From: Chrysomallon squamiferum
Lineage: Eukaryota > Animalia > Mollusca
Length of the DNA: 64,000 nucleotides
NCBI GenBank assembly: GCA_012295275.1
Contig: CM022666.1
Coordinates: 5,890,001-5,954,000, forward strand
Direction of reading: 5' to 3'
The position numbers were made by a program, and so were the translations under genes. The stretch's first letter is position 1, and every line of letters begins with the position of its first letter. This document shows positions 28,054 through 42,114 of this stretch, piece by piece. The notes under the pieces were generated by a model, which was not told the origin of the DNA, did not search any database, and saw only the letters and a list, made by a program, of their open reading frames with translations.

Positions 28054-29743
28054 GGAGGTATTTCACATTCCTATTGCACGTGTTCGCGAAGAGTAACGTC
28101 CCTTGACAAACTAGACTGGAACTAGTCTGTTTACAAATTGAGGAGCGTAACAGACAGATTGTTATGGGCGACATGACTGGCTTCGTAGCAGACTTTAAAC
28201 TTTGGCAACTAACGTGTACGTATTTCGAATTAGAAGGTATAATGTCCGTAGAAAAGGGTCATAATGAAATTTACAGCGGAACGATTCAAATTAAAAAGCT
28301 GTGCAACAACTTGGACAGAGTCTTTGCGACTCGTACCCGAGGGTTTTGATAACGACAGGTTAAAAAACTATTTCGTAAAAAGTACAAAGAAAATATTTGT
28401 CAGGGATTCCATACGCTCGTTTAAAACTTTGAAAATTTATAAGTATTTCTCGTAAGGATATATATAATTTGTTTACTGGAAACACGTGCATGCATAAAAA
28501 CTGTAAATACTCTACCATGTCAAAATGTATGTATGCGTCTCAGTATATTATATCTGTATGTGTGTATGTATTTGTGTGTCTATATACATACATTATATAC
28601 AAACACACACACACATATCTATATATATACATATACATATACATGTATATTTTGTTCTGTATGTATGTATACATAGACATAATATTAATATACATAAATG
28701 CTGTTATTCAGCTGATCATCCCTCGCCTACCTTAATGGGAGCCTGTATGTTTATGTACACACACAGAGTATAATTGAAAAACCACCTCTCAAAACAATTC
28801 AGGTCCATATCAAGGGGTAGCAGGTGCCCCTCCCCCACAGACGCACTGCAAACTTTGGCAATAACTTGTTTGTTCAGCAAGTCTTTGATACCATTTACAG
28901 TCAGAGTATTTACACCTTTGTTGCAGACACATCTCTGACTGAACTCTGACAACATGGCCACATCCTACGTTCTACAAACAAAACGTACAGTAACACGATT
29001 AATTAAAGCTTCTTTTTTTTTTTTAATGAAGGAAATGTGAGTAACCTTTTCCCTTATAGGCTAAAACCAGTTACTTGTCTAATTGCAGTTACTGTTAGGT
29101 GTAATTAGTACAAACACGCACAAGTATATATAGTTTATGCTTTAAACAAACTTTAAATAAACCATTTATTTTGGAGTAACGTATAACTTTAATGTTGAAG
29201 ATTGTACCTTCACTCATATACTCATAAAACTACCTACATACTTGTACAAACCCCTACTGAGTATTTGTGAATCCAAGCAACAAACACCTCAGCTAGTTGC
29301 AGTAGACTGAATAATTAACATAACTGAAACCATTGTTCTCTGTAGTTATCTGAACTATGATTTTTTTTTTAAATGTGGTTATCCTAGGTGTTGTGACAAT
29401 TTCCCGTCCCATTTTCAGCGTGGGTATACAATCAACTCTTCTTGTTGTTCACTGGCTTCCCACCTAAAACATGTGCCGAACAAACCCTCGTATTTGCAGC
29501 AACATTAAAATCTTTTTTTTATTTCTATGTGAAGCGATTACCCACAAACGTTTCCGATATGCATTTCCCGGACTTCTGCGATTGGAACAGTTAATAACTG
29601 AACAATGGTCATGGCCTCCCATTACAGCATGATTGCTTTTGCCCACCAGTTTGAAAGTGGGGCTAGTTTGCCGAGATCTCGCGATTTGCGTCCTCGAGTT
29701 ACCCAGCAACGGGCACATGCGCAGTGGAATGTGAAATAACACT
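28054..29743. mobile_element. Internally deleted ISL2EU-like (PIF/Harbinger-related) DNA transposon with TIRs, AT target duplication and two convergent gene remnants
   Basis: Left TIR GGAGGTATTTCACATTCC at 28054 (AGAGG... in the 11570 copy); right TIR reverse complement AGTGTTATTTCACATTCC ends at 29743; AT at 28052-53 and 29744-45. Minus strand from 29622 is a THAP remnant: MGGHDHCSVINCSNRR..RKRLW..NTRVCSAH..GGKP..CIPTLKMG. Plus strand 28264-28465 reads WTESLRLVPEGF..DRLK[DN]YF..SFKTLKIYKYFS*GYI, resembling the N-terminus of SWIM/YqaJ accessory proteins of such elements. Confidence 0.65.
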
Positions 29744-30487
29744 ATTGCTAAATTACATTGTTTACAATAGCAGTTTACAATATCAACTGTACTAGAGCAT
29801 CCATTGCACAAAGAATATCCAGTGTACACAGAACATCTATTGTATAAGAATATCCATTGCACAATGTGAGTAAAACCTAAATTAATAGTAAATAAAACCT
29901 GAAGCAGAGTCCATCTTTTGTGAATGATGACGATTTGCAATGATTATTTTATTAATTAAATTCTGGATGATGATGTAGACAATAAAATTCGGAATGATGA
30001 GGCTGACAGTAAGCTTAATCCCAAGGCGTAGATTAGTTCATCTGCTTTGCTCTTGTAGCAACATATAAATTATCCATTAATTCTCGACTATCTGTGATTA
30101 CAGAAGCAATGTTTTTAATGTTAAAAGAGGAGGACACGTGAACATCATTGAAACTGTTTTCGTTTGATTTGGTCCAGTCTAACGTACTCTATTGTGAAGT
30201 GAAAAGTTGTCAAAGTCAAACGATAAGCAAAACATGCTCGTTCTCATATAGAAAGTCGGACAAAGAATCATTTGATTAGGTCACCAGACAGAGGAAATTA
30301 TTCTGTGACCTGTTAATTTTAACATTAAAAATATACTGACAGTAAATTAATTTGTGAACTTTTACTTTTGATAAACGAACTTAGAACTGAGCAGTTATTT
30401 ATATCATAATTCTTTGTGTTTTAAACTGAACTTAAATTTTCATGACTCCCCTAACAATTCCTTATTCAAGATGTTCGTGTGTTTCTC

Positions 30488-31465
30488 TCAGAGCATATAC
30501 AGTCCAAAGTAGGTTGTCTGAGGATCTCTCACAATTCTGTTCACAACTGATGTTCTCACCACTACAGTGTCATTGGCTTTCAGGTAGTAAACAGCTCCAA
30601 TGTAGGAAGTAACAAAACCTTCCTGCTTTCTTCGTACTTTTTGCATGTTGTTTGAGGATTTCTGTATAGTACAACATAATTTGGATATTTTTCAATTGAG
30701 TGACACAGCCTAGCGTATTCTAGCTCTCTCATTTGGTTGGCATGGAATAAAACGTTGCTGTATATGAAGTAGTAAGCAGCGTGTTTGACTTGAATCCCGT
30801 CAGCGACAACAGCAGCAGCTCCTTTCACAAACGATCTTTTACCAGACGACGTCCATTTGATGAGAGGCTTCGGTGTGTCTGAAAAGTTTGTAAGAACAAA
30901 TTATAATTAAATAATATTTTTATTTTAAATTGTCAGCAGTTATAGTTAGTATTACTAATATATTTGTGCAACTACTTCAAACTCCCTGCTTTTGACTACT
31001 AGTGTTTCTAGTGATATTATCACTAGTAACACTGCTAGTACTATTCTTATCATAATTTCTTCTATTATTCCCGAACCACCACTTATAACGAAGTGATTAC
31101 TGCTACTATTACTTTTAATAGACAACGTTTTAAGTAACTACTATTATTACTTCTATTTTACTACTACCACATATATTACCAAATCACATCTTTTAACCGA
31201 GTACAACTGCTCTACTATTACTATCACTACTACTACTACTACTACTGCTGCTACTACTATTACTACTACTGATACTACTATTACTAGTACTCTACTACTA
31301 CTACTACTGCTACTACTATTACTACTACTGCTACTACTATTTGTTTTCTTACTTTTGTCATATGTTGCATTCACTTCCATTTGTAGATGAGCCGATGTCT
31401 TTACATTGTTTTTATTATTCAGACGATGAGCGACCTCTCTGATCTGTTTAAGTTTCTGTTCTGAA

Positions 31466-31532
<67 letters not shown>

Positions 31533-32357
31533 TAGACACTCCCACACATCCATACACTGATACTGTATACATATATAGACTCGTACACACCTACATGCAA
31601 ATACATTATTATAAAAACTTTTGTGGAATTTTAAATTATGTGTGGTTATATGTTTCTATTTGTGTGTGTGCCTTTTTGTGTTTGTGTCTGTCTGTGTTTG
31701 TTTGTCTTTGCCTTTATGTGTTTGTATCCTTGTGTGTTTTCTGTGTTTATGCGACTATCTTTTTATGTATGTCTGTGTGTGTATATATGTCTGTGTTAAC
31801 TTACCACTTTTCTCAGCTTTTGTATGACTTTCACTCAGTTTCTAAAAAGAACGTTAATAACCAATTTGAAACTAGTCCACAATAATCAGTTTTAAATTTA
31901 TAAATATTTTTCAGCACTATTAATTTCTCCTTTTCATAATTCACATATTATTATTTCATTTATAGTGAATTTAACTTTTTATTATTTTTATAGAGAATTT
32001 ACCTCTTTCATAATTTCATATTTCCAGAAAACATTTTTTTTATTCAGTTAATGTATTTATGGAATATAAGTTTTTAGAATTAAATACAGAATTTACCTTT
32101 TTCATAATTTCACTTATCACTTTTTCTCCATCTCTGTAACAGCAATACGTGGTATTGTTCCTGGTTCTGTTCGTAGATTTGTCATCACAACAGTTTTCTC
32201 CTGGTTTGCACGAGATTTTCACACACAGTTCCTGCTCAAACAACAAGTTGGTTTCTCTGTTCAGAAATTCTTTTAATGTTACAGATACAATGACAAAGAT
32301 GAGTATCAGATTTAGTACCATAAGAGAAATGGCAATGGCAGGAAGAATTGACTTCAT
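30488..32357 (-). pseudogene. TNF-superfamily ligand copy 5, full-length structure with native 3' end but a +2 frameshift in a homopolymer (possibly an intact gene with a consensus error)
   Basis: Exons 32097-32357, 31805-31841, 31353-31460, 30488-30878 (391 vs 389 nt). T5 instead of T3 at ~30638-30642 gives a premature stop at 30580. The native ...TTYFGLYML* and 3' flank are present. Confidence 0.7.
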
Positions 32358-32410
32358 TTTGTGTAACAACTTTTAATTCCTTTAGAAGTAATCTGCAAAA
32401 CATGACAAAA

Positions 32411-32453
<43 letters not shown>

Positions 32454-33544
32454 ATATTATTAGCAATAAATACACACTGTTTGGAATGCTGCTTGATATA
32501 ATTTGGATATTTTTGTATTGAGTGACACACAGACACACACACGCATATACCTACTCTGCACATTGCATCGTTTTCGAAAGCTGCCGTCTAGGAGAAAGTC
32601 GAAGACGTAATTGTGCCAGTAACTGATGTTGCAGTGACACAGTGACACAGCTGTAAAGGTTCTGTACTATCGTAAACTGTATATCGATCGTAAAGTGCGA
32701 TTCTGATAAGGCTAAAGCAAATGCACAATATATCCATCATCTTCCATCCAGTCTACCCAATTTTTCATACCCCTTCTCCACAAAAACAACAACAACAACA
32801 TAAAATAAATAAATAAATTAAATAAAAAGGATCCAAATAAATGATGCTGTCTCTTCTGTGGCTGTCATTATTTACGCATGAGCAAGTTATAATTTTATGT
32901 AAATATATATAATCTACGAAATAAGTAAAATATTTACCTACTGACCTAAATTCGGCTGCATCAGTCTTCATTCAGTCATAGTTAAAACAAATTCTCTACT
33001 TTCTCTAACAAATTAAGGGGCTGTGTTTCTCACAAAGCGTTTTTGAGCTTACCATATTCTAAAAATAGTAAGAGATGAAGCATAGGTTTGTTTCCGAGGA
33101 ATGGCTTTTGACTGGCTATAATGACGTAACATCTGCTGTGTTTGGTTTTATTGATTTTTCTTCTGTCATATTTTATTTATTTGCTGTGGATTTCGGAGTT
33201 AACGTATACTCATTTAACATACTATGAATAAAATGAGCAAAGTTATTACCTGTGTAGTTTTGGTGTTTTGTTCATAAATAAACTACATATTATAGTTATT
33301 ACTAGTATAGTTGCAGTAGTAGTAGTAGTAATAGTAGTAGCTGTTGTTGTTGTTGTTGTTGTCATTGTCGTTATTGTTAAGTGAGCGATAAAAATGTACA
33401 GATTACAAATGTGAGAATTTCCAGCCAGGATTTATTATTACAGGGCCAGGAATATAAAATGTCTCAGAAGTATCTACCTGTAACGAAAGAATCCTCTGTT
33501 TGTAAATGTCACTTGTATCATGACTGTTGATTCAGTCTGCCGAA

Positions 33545-33603
<59 letters not shown>

Positions 33604-33909
33604 ATGAGCGAATAAACGAACGAACGAATCAATGAATGAATGAAATAAAGTGAAATAAATAAAAATAAAAAATAAAAATGAGATTAATAAATCAAATTAA
33701 ATGAAAATCAAAAAATGATAAAAATAAAATAAATAAGAATGAATTTTTTAAAATTAAAATAAATAAATAAATAAAAATAAAACATAATAATTTAAAAAGG
33801 TAAAAAGTAAAGTAAAATAAATAAACGAAAATAAATAAATTAATAAATAATAAATAAATAAATAATGTTGTCTGAGGATCTCTCAAAATTCTGTTCACAA
33901 CTGATGTTC

Positions 33910-34767
33910 TCACCACCAAGTGTCATTGGCTTTCAGGTAGTAAACAGCTCCAATGTAGGAAGTAGCAAAACCTTCCTGGTATCTTCGTACTTTGGATGTT
34001 GTTTGAGGATTTCTGTAGAGTACAACATAATTTGGATATTTTTCAATTGAGTGACACAGCCTAGCGTATTCTAGCTCTCTGACTTGGTTGGCATGGAATA
34101 AAACGTTGCTGTATATGAAGTAGTAAGCAGCTTCTTTGACTTGAATCCCGTCAGCGACAACAGCTGCAGCTCCTTTCACAAACGATCTTTTACCAGACGA
34201 CGTCCATTTAATGAGAGGCTTCGGTGTGTCTGAAAAGTTTTTAAGAACAAATTATAATTAAATAATATTTTTATTTTAAATTGTCAGCAGTTATAGTTAG
34301 TATTACTAATATATTTCTGCAACTACTTCAAACTCCTGCTTTTGACTACTAGTGTTTCTAGTGATAGTATCATTAGTAACACTGCTAGTACTATTCTTAT
34401 CATAATTTATAATTATTCCCGAACCACCACTTATAACGAAGTGATTACTGCTACTATTACTTTTACCAGAACAACGTTTTAAATAACTACTACTATTACT
34501 TCTATTTTAGTACTACCGCATATATTACCAAATCACATCTTTTGACCGAGTACATCTGCTCTACTACTACTATCACTACTACTACTACTACTGCTACTAC
34601 TATTACTACTACTGCTACTACTATTTGTTTTCTTACTTTTGTCATATGTTGCATTCACTTCCATTTGTAGATGAGCTGATGTCTTTACATTGTTTTTATT
34701 ATTCAGACGATGAGCGACCTCTCTGATCTGTTTAAGTTTCTGTTCTGAAATATATATATATACACAT

Positions 34768-34810
<43 letters not shown>

Positions 34811-35630
34811 CACTCCCACACATCCATACACTGATACTGTATACATACATAGACTCGTACACACGTACATGCAAATACATTATTATAAAATCTTTTGTGG
34901 AATTTTAAATTATGTGTGGTTATATGTTTCTATTTGTGTGTGTGCCTTTTTGTGTTTTTGTCTGTCTGTGTTTGTTTGTCTTTGTCTTTGTGTGTTTGTA
35001 TCCTTGTGTGTTTTCTGTGTTTATGCGACTTTATGTTTTTATGTATGAGTGTATATATGTGTGTCTGTATTAACTTACCACTTTTCTCAGCTTTTGTATG
35101 ACTTTCACTCAGTTTCTAAAAACAATGTTAATAACCAATTTGAAACTAGTCCACAATAATCAGTTTTAAATTTATAAATATTTTTCAGCACTATTAATTT
35201 CTCTTTTAATAACTCAAATATTATTATTTCATTTATAGTGAATTTAACTTTTTATTATTTTTATAGAGAATTTACCTCTTTCATAATTTCATATCTCCAG
35301 AAAACATTTTTTTTATTCATTTAATATATTTATGGAATATAAGTTTTTAGAATTAAATACAGAATTTACCTTTTTCATAATTTCACTTATCACTTTTTCT
35401 CCATCTCTGTAACAGCAATACGTGGTATTGTTCCTGGTTCTGTTCGTAGATTTGTCATCACAACCGTTTTCTCCTGGTTTGCACGAGATTTTCACACACA
35501 GTTCCTGCTCAAACAACAAGTTGGTTTCTCTGTTCAGAAATTCTTTTAATGTTACAGATACAATGACAAAGATGAGTATCAGATTTAGTACCATAAGAGA
35601 AATGGCAATGGCAGGAAGAATTGACTTCAT
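33910..35630 (-). CDS. TNF-superfamily ligand copy 6, uninterrupted 241-aa ORF with C-terminally truncated TNF domain (…KANDTWW*); possibly non-functional
   Basis: Exons 35370-35630, 35079-35115, 34637-34744 and 33910-34229 are all GT-AG and in frame; truncation junction at ~33867. Confidence 0.6.
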
Positions 35631-35683
35631 TTTGTGTAACAACTTTTAATTCCTTTAGAAGTAATCTGCAAAACATGACAAAA

Positions 35684-35726
<43 letters not shown>

Positions 35727-36816
35727 ATATTATTAGCAATAAATACACACTGTTTGGAATGCTGCTTGATATAATTTGGATATTTTTGTATTGAGTGACA
35801 CACAGACACACACACGCATATACCTACTCTGCACATTGCATCGTTTTCGAAAGCTGCCGTCTAGGAGAAAGTCGAAGACGTAATTGTGCCAGTAACTGAT
35901 GTTGCAGTGACACAGTGACACAGCTGTAAAGGTTCTGTACTATCGTAAACTGTATATCGATCGTAAAGTGCGATTCTGATAAGGCTAAAGCAAATGCACA
36001 ATATATCCATCATCTTCCATCCAGTCTACCCAATTTTTCATACCCCTTCTCCACAAAAACAACAACAACAACATAAAATAAATAAATAAATTAAATAAAA
36101 AGGATCCAAATAAATGATGCTGTCTCTTCTGTAGCTGTCATTATTTACGCATGAGCAAGTTATAATTTTATGTAAATATATATAATCTACGAAATAAGTA
36201 AAATATTTACCTACTGACCTAAATTCGGCTGCATCAGTCTTCATTCAGTCATAGTTAAAACAAATTCTCTACTTTCTCTAACAAATTAAGGGGCTGTGTT
36301 TCTCACAAAGCGTTTTTGAGCTTACCATATTCTAAAAATAGTAAGAGATGAAGCATAGGTTTGTTTCCGAGGAATGGCTTTTGACTGGCTATAATGACGT
36401 AACATCTGCTGTGTTTGGTTTTATTGATTTTTCTTCTGTCATATTTTATTTATTTGCTGTGGATTTCGGAGTTAACGTATACTCATTTAACATACTATGA
36501 ATAAAATGAGCAAAGTTATTACCTGTGTAGTTTTGGTGTTTTGTTCATAAATAAACTACATATTATAGTTATTACTAGTATAGTTGCAGTAGTAGTAGTA
36601 GTAATAGTAGTAGCTGTTGTTGTTGTTGTTGTTGTCATTGTCGTTATTGTTAAGTGAGCGATAAAATGTACAGATTACAAATGTGAGAATTTCCAGCCAG
36701 GATTTATTATTACAGGGCCAGGAATATAAAATGTCTCAGAAGTATCTACCTGTAACGAAAGAATCCTCTGTTTGTAAATGTCACTTGTATCATGACTGTT
36801 GATTCAGTCTGCCGAA

Positions 36817-36859
<43 letters not shown>

Positions 36860-37162
36860 ATGAGCGAATAAACGAACGAACGAATCAATGAATGAATGAA
36901 ATAAAGTGAAATAAATAAAAATAAAAAATAAAAATGAGATTAATAAATCAAATTAAATGAAAATCAAAAAATGATAATAAAATAAATAAGAATGAATTTT
37001 TTAAAATTAAAATAAATAAATAAATAAAAATAAAACATAATAATTTAAAAAGGTAAAAAGTAAAGTAAAATAAATAAACGAAAATAAATAAATTAATAAA
37101 TAATAAATAAATAAATAATGTTGTCTGAGGATCTCTCAAAATTCTGTTCACAACTGATGTTC

Positions 37163-38020
37163 TCACCACCAAGTGTCATTGGCTTTCAGGTAGTAAACAG
37201 CTCCAATGTAGGAAGTAGCAAAACCTTCCTGGTATCTTCGTACTTTGGATGTTGTTTGAGGATTTCTGTAGAGTACAACATAATTTGGATATTTTTCAAT
37301 TGAGTGACACAGCCTAGCGTATTCTAGCTCTCTGACTTGGTTGGCATGGAATAAAACGTTGCTGTATATGAAGTAGTAAGCAGCTTCTTTGACTTGAATC
37401 CCGTCAGCGACAACAGCTGCAGCTCCTTTCACAAACGATCTTTTACCAGACGACGTCCATTTAATGAGAGGCTTCGGTGTGTCTGAAAAGTTTTTAAGAA
37501 CAAATTATAATTAAATAATATTTTTATTTTAAATTGTCAGCAGTTATAGTTAGTATTACTAATATATTTCTGCAACTACTTCAAACTCCTGCTTTTGACT
37601 ACTAGTGTTTCTAGTGATAGTATCATTAGTAACACTGCTAGTACTATTCTTATCATAATTTATAATTATTCCCGAACCACCACTTATAACGAAGTGATTA
37701 CTGCTACTATTACTTTTACCAGAACAACGTTTTAAATAACTACTACTATTACTTCTATTTTAGTACTACCGCATATATTACCAAATCACATCTTTTGACC
37801 GAGTACATCTGCTCTACTACTACTATCACTACTACTACTACTACTGCTACTACTATTACTACTACTGCTACTACTATTTGTTTTCTTACTTTTGTCATAT
37901 GTTGCATTCACTTCCATTTGTAGATGAGCTGATGTCTTTACATTGTTTTTATTATTCAGACGATGAGCGACCTCTCTGATCTGTTTAAGTTTCTGTTCTG
38001 AAATATATATATATACACAT

Positions 38021-38061
<41 letters not shown>

Positions 38062-38881
38062 CACTCCCACACATCCATACACTGATACTGTATACATACA
38101 TAGACTCGTACACACGTACATGCAAATACATTATTATAAAATCTTTTGTGGAATTTTAAATTATGTGTGGTTATATGTTTCTATTTGTGTGTGTGCCTTT
38201 TTGTGTTTTTGTCTGTCTGTGTTTGTTTGTCTTTGTCTTTGTGTGTTTGTATCCTTGTGTGTTTTCTGTGTTTATGCGACTTTATGTTTTTATGTATGAG
38301 TGTATATATGTGTGTCTGTATTAACTTACCACTTTTCTCAGCTTTTGTATGACTTTCACTCAGTTTCTAAAAACAATGTTAATAACCAATTTGAAACTAG
38401 TCCACAATAATCAGTTTTAAATTTATAAATATTTTTCAGCACTATTAATTTCTCTTTTAATAACTCAAATATTATTATTTCATTTATAGTGAATTTAACT
38501 TTTTATTATTTTTATAGAGAATTTACCTCTTTCATAATTTCATATCTCCAGAAAACATTTTTTTTATTCATTTAATATATTTATGGAATATAAGTTTTTA
38601 GAATTAAATACAGAATTTACCTTTTTCATAATTTCACTTATCACTTTTTCTCCATCTCTGTAACAGCAATACGTGGTATTGTTCCTGGTTCTGTTCGTAG
38701 ATTTGTCATCACAACCGTTTTCTCCTGGTTTGCACGAGATTTTCACACACAGTTCCTGCTCAAACAACAAGTTGGTTTCTCTGTTCAGAAATTCTTTTAA
38801 TGTTACAGATACAATGACAAAGATGAGTATCAGGTTTAGTACCAAAAGAAAAATGGCAATGGCAGGAAGAATTGACTTCAT
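37163..38881 (-). CDS. TNF-superfamily ligand copy 7, uninterrupted 241-aa ORF with C-terminally truncated TNF domain; possibly non-functional
   Basis: Exons 38621-38881, 38330-38366, 37890-37997 and 37163-37482 are in frame; same KANDTWW* end; junction at ~37120. Confidence 0.6.
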
Positions 38882-40056
38882 TTTGTGTAACAACTTTTAA
38901 TTCCTTTAGAAGTAATCTGCAAAACATGACAAAATAAATAAATAAATAAATATTATTAGCAATAAATACACACTATTTGGAATGCTGCTCGATATAAGTT
39001 GGATCTTTTTGTATTGAGTGACACACAGACACACACACGCATATACCTACTCTGTTTGCACATTGCATCATTTTCGAAAGCTGCCGTCTAGGAGAAAGTC
39101 GAAGACGTAATTGTGCCAGTAACTGATGTTGCAGTGACACAGTGAGTCACCAGCTGTAAAGGTTCTGTACTATCGTAAACTGTATATCGATCGTAACGTG
39201 AGATTCTGATACGGCAAAAGCAAATGCACAAAGTATGGATCATCTTCCATCCAGTTTATTCAGTCTACCCAATTTTTCATACCCCTTCTCCACAAAAACA
39301 ACAACAACAACATAAAATAAATAAATAAATTAAATAAAAAGGATCCAAATAAATGATGCTGTCTCTTCTGTGGCTGTCATTATTTACGCATGAGCAAGTT
39401 ATAATTTTATGTAAATATATATAATCTACGAAATAAGTAAAATATTTACCTACTGACCTAAATTCGGCTGCATCAGTCTTCATTCAGTCATAGTTAAAAC
39501 AAATTCTCTACTTTCTCTAACAAATTAAGGGGCTGTGTTTCTCACAAAGCGTTTTTGAGCTTACCATATTCTAAAAATAGTAAGAGATGAAGCATAGGTT
39601 TGTTTCCGAGGAATGGCTTTTGACTGGCTATAATGACGTAACATCTGCTGTGTTTGGTTTTATTGATTTTTCTTCTGTCATATTTTATTTATTTGCTGTG
39701 GATTTCGGAGTTAACGTATACTCATTTAACATACTATGAATAAAATGAGCAAAGTTATTACCTGTGTAGTTTTGGTGTTTTGTTCATAAATAAACTACAT
39801 ATTATAGTTATTACTAGTATAGTTGCAGTAGTAGTAGTAGTAATAGTAGTAGCTGTTGTTGTTGTTGTTGTTGTCATTGTCGTTATTGTTAAGTGAGCGA
39901 TAAAATGTACAGATTACAAATGTGAGAATTTCCAGCCAGGATTTATTATTACAGGGCCAGGAATATAAAAATGTCTCAGAAGTATCTACCTGTAACGAAA
40001 GAATCCTCTGTTTGTAAATGTCACTTGTATCATGACTGTTGATTCAGTCTGCCGAA

Positions 40057-40087
<31 letters not shown>

Positions 40088-40356
40088 ATGAATGAGCTTA
40101 ATAAACGAAACGAACGAATCAATGAATGAATGAAATAAAGTGAAATAAATAAAAATAAAAAATAAAAATGAGATTAATAAATCAAATTAAATGAAAATCA
40201 AAAAATGATAAAAATAAAATAAATAAGAATGAATTTTTTAAAATTAAAATAAATAAATAAATAAAAATAAAACATAATAATTTAAAAAGGTAAAAAGTAA
40301 AGTAAAATAAATAAACGAAAATAAATAAATTAATAAATAATAAATAAATAAATAAT

Positions 40357-41255
40357 GTTGTCTGAGGATCTCTCAAAATTCTGTTCACAACTGATGTTCT
40401 CACCACCAAGTGTCATTGGCTTTCAGGTAGTAAACAGCTCCAATGTAGGAAGTAGCAAAACCTTCCTGGTATCTTCGTACTTTGGATGTTGTTTGAGGAT
40501 TTCTGTAGAGTACAACATAATTTGGATATTTTTCAATTGAGTGACACAGCCTAGTGTATTCTAGCTCTCTGACTTGGTTGGCATGGAATAAAAACGTTGC
40601 TGTATATGAAGTAGTAAGCAGCTTCTTTGACTTGAATCCCGTCAGCGACAACAGCTGCAGCTCCTTTCACAAACGATCTTTTACCAGGCGACGTCCATTT
40701 AATGAGAGGCTTGATGTGTCTGAAAAGTTTTAAGAACAAATTATAATTAAATAATATTTTTATTTTAAATTGTCAGCAGTTATAGTTAGTATTACTAATA
40801 TATTTCTGCAACTACTTCAAACTCCTGCTTTTGACTACTAGTGTTTCTAGTGATAGTATCATTAGTAACACTGCTAGTACTATTCTTATCATAATTTATA
40901 ATTATTCCCGAACCACCACTTATAACTTAAGTGATTACTGCTACTATTACTTTTACCAGAACAACGTTTTAAATAACTACTACTATTACTTCTATTTTAG
41001 TACTACCATATATTACCAAATCACATCTTTTGACCGAGTACATCTGCTCTACTACTACTATCACTACTACTACTACTACTACTACTACTATTACTACTAC
41101 TGCTACTACTATTTGTTTTCTTACTTTTGTCATATGTTGCATTCACTTCCATTTGTAGATGAGCTGATGTCTTTACATTGTTTTTATTATTCAGACGATG
41201 AGCGACCTCTCTGATCTGTTTAAGTTTCTGTTCTGAAATATATATATATACACAT

Positions 41256-41297
<42 letters not shown>

Positions 41298-42114
41298 TCC
41301 CACACATCCATACACTGATACTGTATACATACATAGACTTCATTACACACATACATGCAAATACATTATTATAAAAACTTTTGTGGAATTTTAAATTATG
41401 TGTGGTTATATGTTTCTATTTGTGTGTGTGCCTTTTTGTGTTTTTGTCTGTCTGTGTTTGTTTGTCTTTGTCTTTGTGTGTTTGTATCCTTGTGTGTTTT
41501 CTGTGTTTATGCGACTTTATGTTTTTATGTATGAGTTTATATATGTGTGTCTGTATTAACTTACCACTTTTCTCAGCTTTTGTATGACTTTCACTCAGTT
41601 TCTAAAAACAATGTTAATAACCAATTTGAAACTAGTCCACAATAATCAGTTTTAAATTTATAAATATTTTTCAGCACTATTAATTTCTCTTTTAATAACT
41701 CAAATATTATTATTTCATTTATAGTGAATTTAACTTTTTATTATTTTTATAGAGAATTTACCTCTTTCATAATTTCATATCTCGAGAAAACATTTTTTTT
41801 ATTCATTTAATATATTTATGGAATATAAGTTTTTAGAATTAAATACAGAATTTACCTTTTTCATAATTTCACTGATCACTTTTTCTCCATCACTGTAACA
41901 GCAATGCATTATATTCTTCCTGGTTCTGTTCAGATTTGTCATCACAACAGTTTTCTCCTGGTTTACACGAGATTTTCACACACATTTCCTGCTCAAACAA
42001 CAAGTTGGTTTCTCTGTTCAGAAATTCTTTTAATGTTACAGATGCAATGAAACTGATGAGTATCAAGTTTAGTACCATAAGAGAAATGGCAATGACAGGA
42101 AGAATTGACTTCAT
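40357..42114 (-). pseudogene. TNF-superfamily ligand copy 8, truncated and frameshifted
   Basis: Exon 1 (41856-42114) is 2 nt short. Exon 4 (from 40719) has -1/+1 indels plus the shared KANDTWW* stop (40400) and the junction at ~40357. Confidence 0.75.
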
